Origin: Candidatus Margulisiibacteriota bacterium
Lineage (GTDB): Bacteria; Margulisbacteria; Marinamargulisbacteria; UBA817
Length of the DNA stretch: 64,000 nt
Assembly (NCBI GenBank): GCA_016779165.1
Contig: JADHOE010000002.1
Location: 1,402 to 65,401 of the forward strand
Reading direction: 5' to 3'
The notes beneath the pieces are model-generated. The model had not been told where the DNA came from, searched no databases, and worked only from the letters and a program-made list of their open reading frames with translations. Shown here piece by piece: positions 20,822 through 30,780 of this stretch (position 1 is the stretch's first letter; each line of letters begins with the position of its first letter). The translations under genes were made by a program, and so were the position numbers.

Positions 20822-21297
20822 TTGAGCTCTTTCTTCTTCAATTCATTTATAAATTGAATCAAATCACCCTTAGATCCACCCGGTTGCGTGAATGGGCATT
20901 TGGGTTTTTAAAGCATAGCTTATTTAGGATTGGGGGGGCGTGTAGGCATTCTGGAAACTGCTGTAAAACAATCATGCTTTACGATAATAATGTTGCTATT
21001 GATTCAACAAAAGCATGGGTAAAGTTTTTAAAAATAAAGCCCTCTTACGAATGTTTTATGCCCACAGTTATAAACAGTAAGATTTCATCATTTAACTGTT
21101 CTTGCTTAACAGATCAAAACACCTGTTCACGTTATGCCACTCGGCCAACCATATGCCGGCAATACCCAGAAAGCTTTTTTTTTCAGCACGGCCATATCCA
21201 CGACCATTGCGGATTTATTATTCTTAAAAATGAAAAAAAAATAAAATGGTTATTGCCTAGCATAAAACAGGATATTGATGCATTTTTAGTGAATTAA
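20818..21297 (+). CDS. YkgJ/UPF0153-like Cys-cluster (zinc/iron-chelating) protein
   Basis: 159 aa. An N-terminal CRHSGNCC and a distal C..L......C.RY.TRPTICRQYP match the CxxCxxCC-type family as I recall it. The TTG start overlaps the rph stop (TTGA), so the start is uncertain. Confidence 0.55.
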   Translation: MIELFLLQFIYKLNQITLRSTRLREWAFGFLKHSLFRIGGACRHSGNCCKTIMLYDNNVAIDSTKAWVKFLKIKPSYECFMPTVINSKISSFNCSCLTDQNTCSRYATRPTICRQYPESFFFQHGHIHDHCGFIILKNEKKIKWLLPSIKQDIDAFLVN

Positions 21298-21335
21298 ACT
21301 ATGATTCCTTGCATTATTTTATATAATGGTACTGT

Positions 21336-21941
21336 ATGGACGAATTTTCTATCACTCAACGGCATTATGAGATTATCATTGATCAAGTTAAAAAAAATTT
21401 CCCCTATGAGTCCGGTGGGTTTGTTGGTGGAAAAAACGGGTTAATTTCGGCCATTTACCCAGTCTATAATCAAGACATTTCAAATAAGACCGATATTTTT
21501 GCTGTTAGCAGGGACGATATTGAGCGCGCGCACTTGTTTTTTAATAAGCATGCGCTTGATTATTACGGCACCTATCATTCACACCCAAAGGGGGCAGCCA
21601 TTCCATCAAAACAAGATTTATCTCATATTCAGAAATATTTATTTATCATTAGCCTTGCATCATTTGATCAACCAGATTTTGCCGCGTTTAAAGTAACAGG
21701 TGTTCAACAAGCAAAACGAATTCCGCTCAATGTGGTGTCTAATGATCAGTTTTCAGTAAAAGATATTCATGCTAAAACCAATAAAGCAACGAATGATGGG
21801 CAAGAAAAAGACGCAACACCAGACTTTAACAATACAGATATTTTAAATGAGCAAATTAATAATGTGTTTTCGGACCAAGCCACCTACAAACGGAAATCCC
21901 AACAAAACAACGGCCCAGGTGACTTTAGCACCCTTGCTTAA
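21336..21941 (+). CDS. JAB/MPN (JAMM) metallopeptidase-domain protein with polar C-terminal tail
   Basis: 201 aa. PYESGGF followed by GTYHSHPKGAAIPSKQD gives a complete JAMM motif (E ... HxHx7Sx2D). The last ~75 aa are low-complexity. Confidence 0.8.
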   Translation: MDEFSITQRHYEIIIDQVKKNFPYESGGFVGGKNGLISAIYPVYNQDISNKTDIFAVSRDDIERAHLFFNKHALDYYGTYHSHPKGAAIPSKQDLSHIQKYLFIISLASFDQPDFAAFKVTGVQQAKRIPLNVVSNDQFSVKDIHAKTNKATNDGQEKDATPDFNNTDILNEQINNVFSDQATYKRKSQQNNGPGDFSTLA

Positions 21942-22461
21942 ACCAATACCTCGTTAAGCGGGTATTGCCATATTTGTAGTGCTTAACCACAACGCCTGGG
22001 GCATTGATGCTGCATTCAAATGTGGCATCATGTTCAACAAATAAATACCCGCCAGGCAACACCAATTGACGATCAATAATGCAGTCGATCGCTTGGTTAT
22101 AAACTGACACATCGGCCCAAACTGGATCGAGGTAAATGACACCATAAAAGTCGCTAGTTTTGGACAAAAAAGACAGAATATTTGACCGAATAATTTGGAC
22201 ATTCACCTGGAGTTTTTTGGCATTTTGTTTAAGGTAGTGAACATTCTGATCAACACAAATCACCTGATCAGCACCCCTGGATAAGGCCTCGAATCCCATG
22301 GCGCCAGAACCTGAACATAAGTCCAAGAAACGTGTCCCAGATATGGCATTGGATAGACTACTAAACACCGCCTCTCGAACAACGGCCTTAGTGGGTCGAA
22401 ACGATCGATCTTTTGGGTATTGGATGGACTGGCCTTTTAATGTTCCTGCAATGATATGCAT
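21925..22461 (-). CDS. rsmD: 16S rRNA (guanine966-N2)-methyltransferase RsmD
   Basis: 178 aa. Carries RPTKAVVREAVFSSL, FLDLCSGSGAMGFEALSRGA and IYLDPVW. Confidence 0.88.
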   Translation of the reverse strand: MHIIAGTLKGQSIQYPKDRSFRPTKAVVREAVFSSLSNAISGTRFLDLCSGSGAMGFEALSRGADQVICVDQNVHYLKQNAKKLQVNVQIIRSNILSFLSKTSDFYGVIYLDPVWADVSVYNQAIDCIIDRQLVLPGGYLFVEHDATFECSINAPGVVVKHYKYGNTRLTRYWFKQGC

Positions 22462-22462
22462 G

Positions 22463-24511
22463 TTAATTTAACAACTCGGATGCAACCACACATTGGTTGA
22501 GCAAAAATGATTGAAGTTGGGACTGTTCTGAAGATTTCTGAATCACACGATCGCACCAAAACACCACCCGTTGCATCAACGCTTGATTGGCCGCATTTGC
22601 AAAAGAGAACACCAGGTCCCCCGATTGCTGAGTGCCCAGTAAGTGGCCTGGGCCACGAATTTTCAAATCTTCCTCCGCCAATTTGAACCCATTGGTTGAA
22701 CTTAGCATCGCATTAATGCGTTGCCGTGACGGCTCTGATTTTGGTTGAGCAATTAAAAAACAATGCGATTGATCGCCACCTCGCCCCACCCTGCCCCTTA
22801 ACTGGTGCAGTTGTGATAAACCAAATCGTTCCGCATGCATAATCACCATAATTGTAGCATTTGGAACATCAACACCGACTTCTACCACAGTGGTTGATAC
22901 CAGTAATTGAATGTGATTGGACTTAAATTGTTGCATGACATGCTGCTTGTCCTTATTGGGCATCTTTCCATGGAGTAACCCAACAGTAAATTCTGAAAAT
23001 GTCATGATGCATTCATTGAACCCATCGATCGCTGGTTGAATATCACTCAGATGCTCGGACGACTCAATTAATGGGTACACCACATATGCTTGTCCACCGT
23101 TGTTAAGGGTTAGTCGGATGAATTCATGGACTTGCCGAATGCGATTGGGTTGCCCAAAATATGTTTTGATAGGAAATCGTCCAGGTGGCATTTCATCTAT
23201 GGTATCGTGGTCCAAATCACCATAATGTGTCAGCATCAATGTTCTTGGAATCGGTGTTGCCGTCATGAATAAACAATGGGGTTTCTTGGCCTTTTCAAGC
23301 AATAATTGCCGCTGAAATACGCCAAACCGATGCTGTTCATCAATAACAACCATGGCCAGATTGGAGAAAATAACAGACTCTTGTACCAACGCATGAGTAC
23401 CAACAACAATAAGCGGCTGATTCGATGCAAGTGCAGATAGCACCACCTGGCGTTCTTTTTTTGCTTGCTTTCCTTTTAAAAGGTGTACGGAAATACCAAG
23501 ATCTTTTAGGCGCTCTGACAATTTAAAGTAATGCTGCTGGGACAAGATTTCTGTGGGAACCAATAACGCCCCTTGGTAACCACTGGCAACAGCCGCCAAT
23601 AATGCCAATGTGGCAATATCTGTTTTACCAGAGCCAACATCCCCTTGAATTAATCGAAAAACCAGTTGGTTGGTATCAAAATCATGGCACAAGTGATCCC
23701 ATATTCGCTGCTGTGCTCCTGTGAGCTGGTAAGGCAATTGGCTCATGTAACGCCTAATCAATGCATGCTGTGGTTTCAAATGAAAGTGACCCAATGTTTG
23801 TTTAACACGTTGGTTAGCCAATCGCCGAGGGTGCATATACAGAAATAATTCATCAAATGAAAATCGTTTAATGGCTTGAGCCACGCATTGCTCTGACGTC
23901 GGAAAGTGGAAGCCCTGAAGTGCCGTTTGAATATCCACCAGCCCTTCAGACGCACACACCTGTTTGGGCAGCATATCAACCACGTTAGTGTGTTGAATAA
24001 GTGCGCGAATGAGCAACAACAAGGTCTTGCTTGATACGCCTTTAAAGTCGGGGTAAACAGGATGAATCTGCCCATGCCCTGTTGATGCTAATGTTGGGTA
24101 AGTTTCAAATGATGATACCTGAAAAGTCGCATCAAAATGGTTGGACTCGCGCTTTCCAAATGCCACCACATAGGGGTAGCGGTTGAGTTGATCGGCGATG
24201 TATTTTTGATTGAACCATGTGACATATATAGCATCATTTTCAGTTAAGAGTTGCGCTGAAAAAACCGTTAAATTTTTACGAACAACCCGCCGCGATACCC
24301 CCTGAAGGCGCCCAACAATGGCACGCATTTGCCCAATGGGCAGGGCATCAATGGTCACATGCGCCAGACGTTTTAAATACTGATTGGGTCGAAGCAATAA
24401 AAAGTCTTTGGCATTTTTTAACCCTTGCTTTGATAGAATAGACTGTTGGGCCGGGGTTATTCTTTTTTTAATCTGCTCAGCCGCAGCTGCCCCATTATAA
24501 TGAAAAATCAT
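22463..24511 (-). CDS. recG: ATP-dependent DNA helicase RecG
   Basis: Carries GDVGSGKTDIA, DEQHRFGV, MTATPIPRTL and QLHQLRGRVGRG. The ORF track runs to 24571, a 77-nt overlap with ribD. The internal Met at 24511 (MIFHYNG...) gives a conventional N-terminus and a 17-nt overlap. Confidence 0.93.
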   Translation of the reverse strand: MIFHYNGAAAAEQIKKRITPAQQSILSKQGLKNAKDFLLLRPNQYLKRLAHVTIDALPIGQMRAIVGRLQGVSRRVVRKNLTVFSAQLLTENDAIYVTWFNQKYIADQLNRYPYVVAFGKRESNHFDATFQVSSFETYPTLASTGHGQIHPVYPDFKGVSSKTLLLLIRALIQHTNVVDMLPKQVCASEGLVDIQTALQGFHFPTSEQCVAQAIKRFSFDELFLYMHPRRLANQRVKQTLGHFHLKPQHALIRRYMSQLPYQLTGAQQRIWDHLCHDFDTNQLVFRLIQGDVGSGKTDIATLALLAAVASGYQGALLVPTEILSQQHYFKLSERLKDLGISVHLLKGKQAKKERQVVLSALASNQPLIVVGTHALVQESVIFSNLAMVVIDEQHRFGVFQRQLLLEKAKKPHCLFMTATPIPRTLMLTHYGDLDHDTIDEMPPGRFPIKTYFGQPNRIRQVHEFIRLTLNNGGQAYVVYPLIESSEHLSDIQPAIDGFNECIMTFSEFTVGLLHGKMPNKDKQHVMQQFKSNHIQLLVSTTVVEVGVDVPNATIMVIMHAERFGLSQLHQLRGRVGRGGDQSHCFLIAQPKSEPSRQRINAMLSSTNGFKLAEEDLKIRGPGHLLGTQQSGDLVFSFANAANQALMQRVVFWCDRVIQKSSEQSQLQSFLLNQCVVASELLN

Positions 24512-25583
24512 GGCGATTTTTATAGGCCATGACAACATCATCACCATAAGCTTGAATGTCCCTTGGCTCAACTGTTAAATCCATGGCATGATCACTGGGG
24601 TAAAATGGAACACCTGCTTGACCCAATACTTTGGGAACCTTTGTCACCCAAAGCTCATCAAAATAACCCGCTGATAGTATCGAGGAAAATATTCGGCCGC
24701 CGCCCTCGACTAGCACCCCTTGAATGCCTTGTTGATGCAACATTGTGAATACATGGGCCCAGTTATGTTTCTTATTCTTTGTAAGGGATGTATCGACCAG
24801 TAATTGATCATGCGTCCAGGCTACAGGGGCTGAACGGAATAAGTAAATGGTTCTTCCCAATGCTAAGGCCCGTTTTACCCAGTCCACATCAACCTTATTG
24901 TTGGGGTCTAAAATCACAATCATTGGCTGAATATCGCCCTTTCGATCCAATCGAATACTTAACCGAGGTTGATCAATGGCAATGGTGTGAGCCCCTACCA
25001 CAATGGCCTGCACCCATGTTCGAAGGTGTTGAACCACATTCAACGATTCATTGGATGAGATGTACGTTAAGCCAGTGCGATTGGGTGCGATCATGCCATC
25101 AAGAGAAATCGCCGCTTTCACATACACATATGGCCGTTTTTTTGCATAAAATGCATGAAATTCTGGGCAACATTGAATTGCTTCTTCTGACAAACCATTT
25201 GCAGCTACTTCAATGCCATGTTGGTTTAAAATGGCCTGCGCTTTTTGAGATGTTTTTGGGTTGGGGTCATCCATGGCCCATACAACCCGCTTTATTCCAT
25301 GATTAATAATTGCATCAACACATGGCGGGGTTTTTCCATGATGAGTACATGGTTCAAGTGTAATCAACAATGTGGCACCATCTGTCCTTCCCTTGGCTTG
25401 GGCCAGGGCCAACACTTCAGCGTGGTGCGACCCATGCGAACAATGATAGGCTTCAGAAATAATCTGGCCCTCACGAATAACCATGGCCCCTACTGCTGGG
25501 TTGGGGTACTGAGTTCCCCGCGTTTGTACTGTTGCACGAATCAAATGAATCAACATTTGGTGTTCAAATGCACTAATTATCAT
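24495..25583 (-). CDS. ribD: Bifunctional riboflavin biosynthesis protein RibD (deaminase/reductase)
   Basis: 362 aa. The deaminase part has PNPAVGAMV, HAEVLAL and TLEPCTHHGKTPPC. The C-terminal reductase part has LVEGGGRIFSS. Confidence 0.93.
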   Translation of the reverse strand: MIISAFEHQMLIHLIRATVQTRGTQYPNPAVGAMVIREGQIISEAYHCSHGSHHAEVLALAQAKGRTDGATLLITLEPCTHHGKTPPCVDAIINHGIKRVVWAMDDPNPKTSQKAQAILNQHGIEVAANGLSEEAIQCCPEFHAFYAKKRPYVYVKAAISLDGMIAPNRTGLTYISSNESLNVVQHLRTWVQAIVVGAHTIAIDQPRLSIRLDRKGDIQPMIVILDPNNKVDVDWVKRALALGRTIYLFRSAPVAWTHDQLLVDTSLTKNKKHNWAHVFTMLHQQGIQGVLVEGGGRIFSSILSAGYFDELWVTKVPKVLGQAGVPFYPSDHAMDLTVEPRDIQAYGDDVVMAYKNRHDFSL

Positions 25584-27258
25584 TGTTGCTACTAAATAAA
25601 GGTTGGCCGTTCAGTTGTATTTTGATGTGAGATGTTTTTTGAACCATAAATGACTCATTAAATTGATCGCCACCATAGTGAGTACCTGAATACAATTGCC
25701 GCGTATCACCATTTCTCATTTCTTCTAACACAACAAATTCAGCATCATCCATCTCACTCGTAAATGTAAACGCCACGTCTATAGAAGTAACTTCAACACC
25801 TTCAAGATTAAGGTCATCTTTCCACTCAATACTCACTGGTGCCCCCTTGCTGAATACCAATTGTATTGTACCACTGTCAAACATGTATTGATTGGGCAAC
25901 GGCAGTTGCCGGATCACCTTCCCTTGAGGCACCGTCATGGAATACTCATCTGGCATTTCTTTAATATTGATTCCTGTGCCATTTAAAATAAATGCAATGC
26001 CTTGCCGTGTTTTTCCAATTAATGCTGGGACTTGTATTTCCTGTCGGCCCTTTGATACAAATAGTTTAACAGATCGCCCCTGCTTTATTGATCGCCCTGA
26101 AGGTGGTTCAATACGAACGACATGCCCTTCTGGTATGGACTGATGGAAATTATACGACACCGAGGTAGGGTTAAGGCCAAGATTAACAAGCGCTTGCTTG
26201 GCTTGTATCAATGAGGTTTCAGTAAGATCAGGAAGCTGAACAACTTTGTACTTTGTAAAGTAAGATACATAGCCAACATACAACAGCACCCCAACCAGAA
26301 AAAGAAGAAACCCATTTGAAAGCCGATGAATAACTCGGCCTAACTTGGATCGACGCTCTTGATTAATTTCTGATGCAAACGATTCTGAAACTTCCAATCG
26401 ATTGGATAGCTTTTCAAATGTGACATTCTGTTTGCCTTCTAGAATGCCAATAACAGTCTTAAAGCTTTGCCAGCGTGTCTTTGGGTCCAGTTGAATGCTT
26501 TTCATGATATAAAAATGCAGCTTATCCCCAATGCTTTGAATGCGTTTGGATGTCGCATCAGGGCCATGGACAAACCCTTCCTTTAACTTTGCCACTGAGT
26601 TTTTGTACTGATACGGCCACGTGGATGTATACAAGTAGTAGGCAAGAATGCCAAGGCCATAAATATCTGTTTTTAGGGACACCTGCTGATCTTTTAAGAA
26701 TTCTGGCGTTAAAAAAATACTGGCATCATAGTCATTTATTTTTGATATAAAATATTCAATACAAATTAGATTGAGCATTGGCGGACCAAAAATAACCTGC
26801 CCCCCCTCTTCAACAAAAATATTATTTAAGCTAAAACTTCCAAAAACTAGGCCTTTGTTTTCCATTTGATACAGCACGTTTGCACTATCAATCAATATGG
26901 TTTGCCGGATGTTTGGCCAGTCTGAGCGCTTGGCCATTTGTTTCAAATAAAGGTCCAGTGACATTAATGGCTTGAACTGGTTTTTATAAAAAATATAGAA
27001 ACTTTCCCCATCAAACTCAAAATCAATCAACTCAAACAATCCATCAATTGGCTGATACAAGTACCCCTGCATCGCATCAATGCAATGATCAACAAACGAG
27101 GGAGACACCAAATGCTGATGACACTTTACGATAAATACAGGGTGATGGTGCTGCTGATCAACACCGTCAAACAAATCATAAAATATATCTGAAAACAGCT
27201 TGGATTGTACTATGTATCGTGATCGGATAACTGTGTGTTTATTTGTTTTAATGTCCAT
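25573..27258 (-). CDS. PASTA-domain membrane protein with degenerate Ser/Thr kinase-like domain (pseudokinase)
   Basis: 561 aa in four parts:
- A kinase-like fold that keeps TPEFL, TDIYGLGILAYYLY and DPKTRW
- One TM (FLLFLVGVLLYVGYVSYF)
- Two PASTA-like repeats (VVQLPDLTE...FVSKG and VPALIGKTRQ...VFSKG)
- A C-terminal beta-rich domain
The HRD and DFG motifs are replaced. Confidence 0.8.
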   Translation of the reverse strand: MDIKTNKHTVIRSRYIVQSKLFSDIFYDLFDGVDQQHHHPVFIVKCHQHLVSPSFVDHCIDAMQGYLYQPIDGLFELIDFEFDGESFYIFYKNQFKPLMSLDLYLKQMAKRSDWPNIRQTILIDSANVLYQMENKGLVFGSFSLNNIFVEEGGQVIFGPPMLNLICIEYFISKINDYDASIFLTPEFLKDQQVSLKTDIYGLGILAYYLYTSTWPYQYKNSVAKLKEGFVHGPDATSKRIQSIGDKLHFYIMKSIQLDPKTRWQSFKTVIGILEGKQNVTFEKLSNRLEVSESFASEINQERRSKLGRVIHRLSNGFLLFLVGVLLYVGYVSYFTKYKVVQLPDLTETSLIQAKQALVNLGLNPTSVSYNFHQSIPEGHVVRIEPPSGRSIKQGRSVKLFVSKGRQEIQVPALIGKTRQGIAFILNGTGINIKEMPDEYSMTVPQGKVIRQLPLPNQYMFDSGTIQLVFSKGAPVSIEWKDDLNLEGVEVTSIDVAFTFTSEMDDAEFVVLEEMRNGDTRQLYSGTHYGGDQFNESFMVQKTSHIKIQLNGQPLFSSNNDN

Positions 27259-28160
27259 AGCTGTTGGTTCCCGTAAAAGCCCCTCAATTTGTTGTTTAAT
27301 TTATAGTTATACCCCATTTTAACCTTATTTTGAGTGGGGGTAAAATTATAAAAAACTGACCCTTTGACGTCAATAAGGGCCATTTCATTGTTTTTTACAT
27401 AGGCAAACACCACATTATGTTGTGAATGCACTTTGAATAGCGCCTCTTGAATATTATCGGAAATGACGTGATTGGAGAATGATCTCAACTGTTGAAAATC
27501 ATCGTTACCAACGAGCACATAATCTGCGGCTATGTCTAAAATACGAAACCCTGTTCCCATCGGCACTTTCTGATTATTTAAGCGATTGTAATGAACCAGT
27601 CCATTGTCAAACTGTAAAAACAGAAATACATCATCACCTGCTAAGTATTGAACTGGATGGTCAAGGGCAATTGGATTGGATGTGTTGGATGACACAACAT
27701 CCAACTGTTCGATTCCTCGACTTGTTTTTACCCATACCGAACCATTTGTTTCAAATAAACCTGTATAATGTGTGTTTTTTTTCCACAATGGGTATCCCGA
27801 AAAAAAATCATACCCCGACAACACGTGATCCTTTGACAATGTAACAATCACTGGGTAATGAAAAAGAACCTTGTGCATGTTATGTAAGGGGATGTTCCAC
27901 TTAATTTTTTTTCGAATGATATCCACAGAGTAAATGTCCGATTTGGATGTGATAAACAATTGATTGTACACCATATGCAATCCAATTGTTGATGGAGATA
28001 CCATGACGCACCAGTTCTTTTTTAAATTAAATTGACGCTCACACAATTCTCCAGTGTTGGTGTGTATTTGATAAAATTTTCCTCGGTATCCCACTGTATG
28101 TGTGTCTGCATATGCTGACATACTAACAAAAAATAGAAACACCCAGGATAAAAAAACCAA
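27210..28160 (-). CDS. Secreted hypothetical protein, possibly beta-propeller (PQQ/BamB-like repeats)
   Basis: 316 aa. Signal peptide MVFLSWVFLFFVSMSAYA. A repeat-like motif (SGYDFFSGYPLWKK) resembles the PQQ-type xxGxxxW. The family call is weak. Confidence 0.6.
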   Translation of the reverse strand: MVFLSWVFLFFVSMSAYADTHTVGYRGKFYQIHTNTGELCERQFNLKKNWCVMVSPSTIGLHMVYNQLFITSKSDIYSVDIIRKKIKWNIPLHNMHKVLFHYPVIVTLSKDHVLSGYDFFSGYPLWKKNTHYTGLFETNGSVWVKTSRGIEQLDVVSSNTSNPIALDHPVQYLAGDDVFLFLQFDNGLVHYNRLNNQKVPMGTGFRILDIAADYVLVGNDDFQQLRSFSNHVISDNIQEALFKVHSQHNVVFAYVKNNEMALIDVKGSVFYNFTPTQNKVKMGYNYKLNNKLRGFYGNQQLWTLKQINTQLSDHDT

Positions 28161-28164
28161 GACG

Positions 28165-28596
28165 TTAATATTTTTTTTTGGTTATGCCCTGCTTTTTTTT
28201 CATGTTTCGGCGAATGTCCACTTGCTTTTCGTCCGAACGCTTTAAAAATTTAGTAAGCACATCTTCAAACTCTTTATTTTCTGAACTTGACCGAATAAAC
28301 AACGCTTTTTTAGGTTTGGCATCTGCTACTTTTTTAATTGAAAATTCAAGCTTTCCTTTTTTATTTCGGCCCAACACCTTCACCGAAATTTTTTCGCCTA
28401 ATTTAACATACTTATTAATGTTTGTAACAAATTCATTTGCAACTTCAGAAATATGGATGAGCCCCTCTTCCCCGTTCTCACAGCGAACAAACGCACCAAA
28501 ATCAGCAATATTGGTCACCTCTACACTTATAACATTGCCCGGTTCTATGGCTTGTGACTCATTTGATTCTGTAAGGTCTTCGTTGTTACTGGTCAT
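28165..28596 (-). CDS. S1 RNA-binding domain protein (YabR-like)
   Basis: 143 aa. S1 core GNVISVEVTNIADFGAFVRCENGEEGLIHISEVANEFV...GEKISVKVLG, with a Lys-rich tail. Confidence 0.85.
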   Translation of the reverse strand: MTSNNEDLTESNESQAIEPGNVISVEVTNIADFGAFVRCENGEEGLIHISEVANEFVTNINKYVKLGEKISVKVLGRNKKGKLEFSIKKVADAKPKKALFIRSSSENKEFEDVLTKFLKRSDEKQVDIRRNMKKKQGITKKKY

Positions 28597-28880
28597 TGTG
28601 ACTCCTTGTAATAAAATCGAAACATGGTTTCATTCGGAAAAACCATGTGCAAGTGTCGCCGAGATAGGTCGATCCAATATGAATCGTTTTCTAAACTTGA
28701 TAACATTTGACTTATTTTTTGATGCTTTAACTGCAACATACTAAATCGTTTTGATTTAACATTGTACTCTTTTTTGAATTCATTATAACGGAAGAAACTA
28801 TTTAATCCAAGCGAGGCCGTGTATAAAAAAAAGACTCCAGATACAACAAAAAAGAAGCGTTCGACCACTGGGTATTTCAT
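28593..28880 (-). CDS. ftsB: Septum formation initiator FtsB/DivIC-family protein
   Basis: Has a TM (FFFVVSGVFFLYTASLGL), a coiled coil and a C-terminal ...WIDLSRRHLHMVFPNETMF. Sits immediately downstream of eno, as in many Proteobacteria, and upstream of an S1 protein, like divIC-yabR in Bacillus. The ORF track start at 28937 overlaps eno. I use the Met at 28880, 4 nt after the eno stop. Confidence 0.65.
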   Translation of the reverse strand: MKYPVVERFFFVVSGVFFLYTASLGLNSFFRYNEFKKEYNVKSKRFSMLQLKHQKISQMLSSLENDSYWIDLSRRHLHMVFPNETMFRFYYKESQ

Positions 28881-28884
28881 GCAA

Positions 28885-30171
<1,287 letters not shown>

Positions 30172-30780
30172 TTACCAATCCAAATAAGGCAGTTGTTTTG
30201 CCAATTCGGTTATTTTATCACGATTCGATTTTAAAAGCGTGAGTTCATCCCACGTACCATTCAAAAATGCTTTTTTATGCGTATCTTTTTGGGTAATGGC
30301 AAAGGGGTCAGGCAAGCCATCCACGGCCAATGTAGATGCTTCCACGTCGATGCTAAACGCACTGTTTGGAAAGGCAGCCACATGCTGAAATAATTGTTGA
30401 ATGGTGTGACGAGGCAAGGTGACCGTAACAATGCCCAACGCCTTGCAATTGCCTGAAAAAATTTCTGCAAATGATTCGCCAACAATGGCTTTAAAGCCCG
30501 CTCGCATAATGGCCTGCGGGGCATGTTCACGAGAAGATCCACACCCAAAATTATGTTCAACCAACATAATGGATGCATTGGCGTATTCCGGCTGATTCAA
30601 GGGATGGTCATGATTAACAGTGTCGTTGGTAAACCGAGCATCATAAAACAAATACTCGCCCATTTTATCAAAGGTAATGTGCTTTAAAAATCGAGCTGGA
30701 ACAATTTGATCGGTATCAATATCGATGCCTGGGATTGGCACCACATGCCCCTTCAACGATGAAACAGCCAAGTTATTCAT
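30172..30780 (-). CDS. leuD: 3-isopropylmalate dehydratase small subunit
   Basis: Carries [13 protein letters not shown] and [14 protein letters not shown] use the ATG at 30780 (MNNLAVSS...), which overlaps the leuC stop (ATGAATAA). The ORF track start at 30819 would add 13 aa. Confidence 0.9.
   Translation of the reverse strand: MNNLAVSSLKGHVVPIPGIDIDTDQIVPARFLKHITFDKMGEYLFYDARFTNDTVNHDHPLNQPEYANASIMLVEHNFGCGSSREHAPQAIMRAGFKAIVGESFAEIFSGNCKALGIVTVTLPRHTIQQLFQHVAAFPNSAFSIDVEASTLAVDGLPDPFAITQKDTHKKAFLNGTWDELTLLKSNRDKITELAKQLPYLDW

Noticed and set aside
1-21900. By eye, the first third of the window looks more AT-rich than the rest. Sampled 60-nt lines gave about 37-42 percent GC, against about 42-55 percent later. 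This could suggest a chimeric assembly or a foreign segment.
   Set aside because: I counted only a handful of lines. The early region is dominated by Lys-rich ribosomal and translation genes, codon style and SD motifs look the same on both sides, and synteny is continuous. It needs a proper sliding-window GC and tetranucleotide test before any claim.
28178-28744. Long antisense ORFs in the track. Examples: 188 aa at 28178-28744 (+) opposite the S1/ftsB genes, 172 aa at 24788-25306 and 116 aa at 25245-25595 opposite ribD, 158 aa at 59984-60460 opposite cca, 157 aa at 51463-51936 opposite the adhesin/dnaB junction, 125 aa at 20056-20433 opposite rph and 137 aa at 35516-35929 opposite uvrA.
   Set aside because: Each lies entirely opposite a gene with strong family motifs. 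Their translations are low-complexity or Ser/Pro/Cys-rich with no recognisable motif and no SD. This is the usual shadow-ORF effect of codon periodicity. There is no evidence for overlapping antisense genes.
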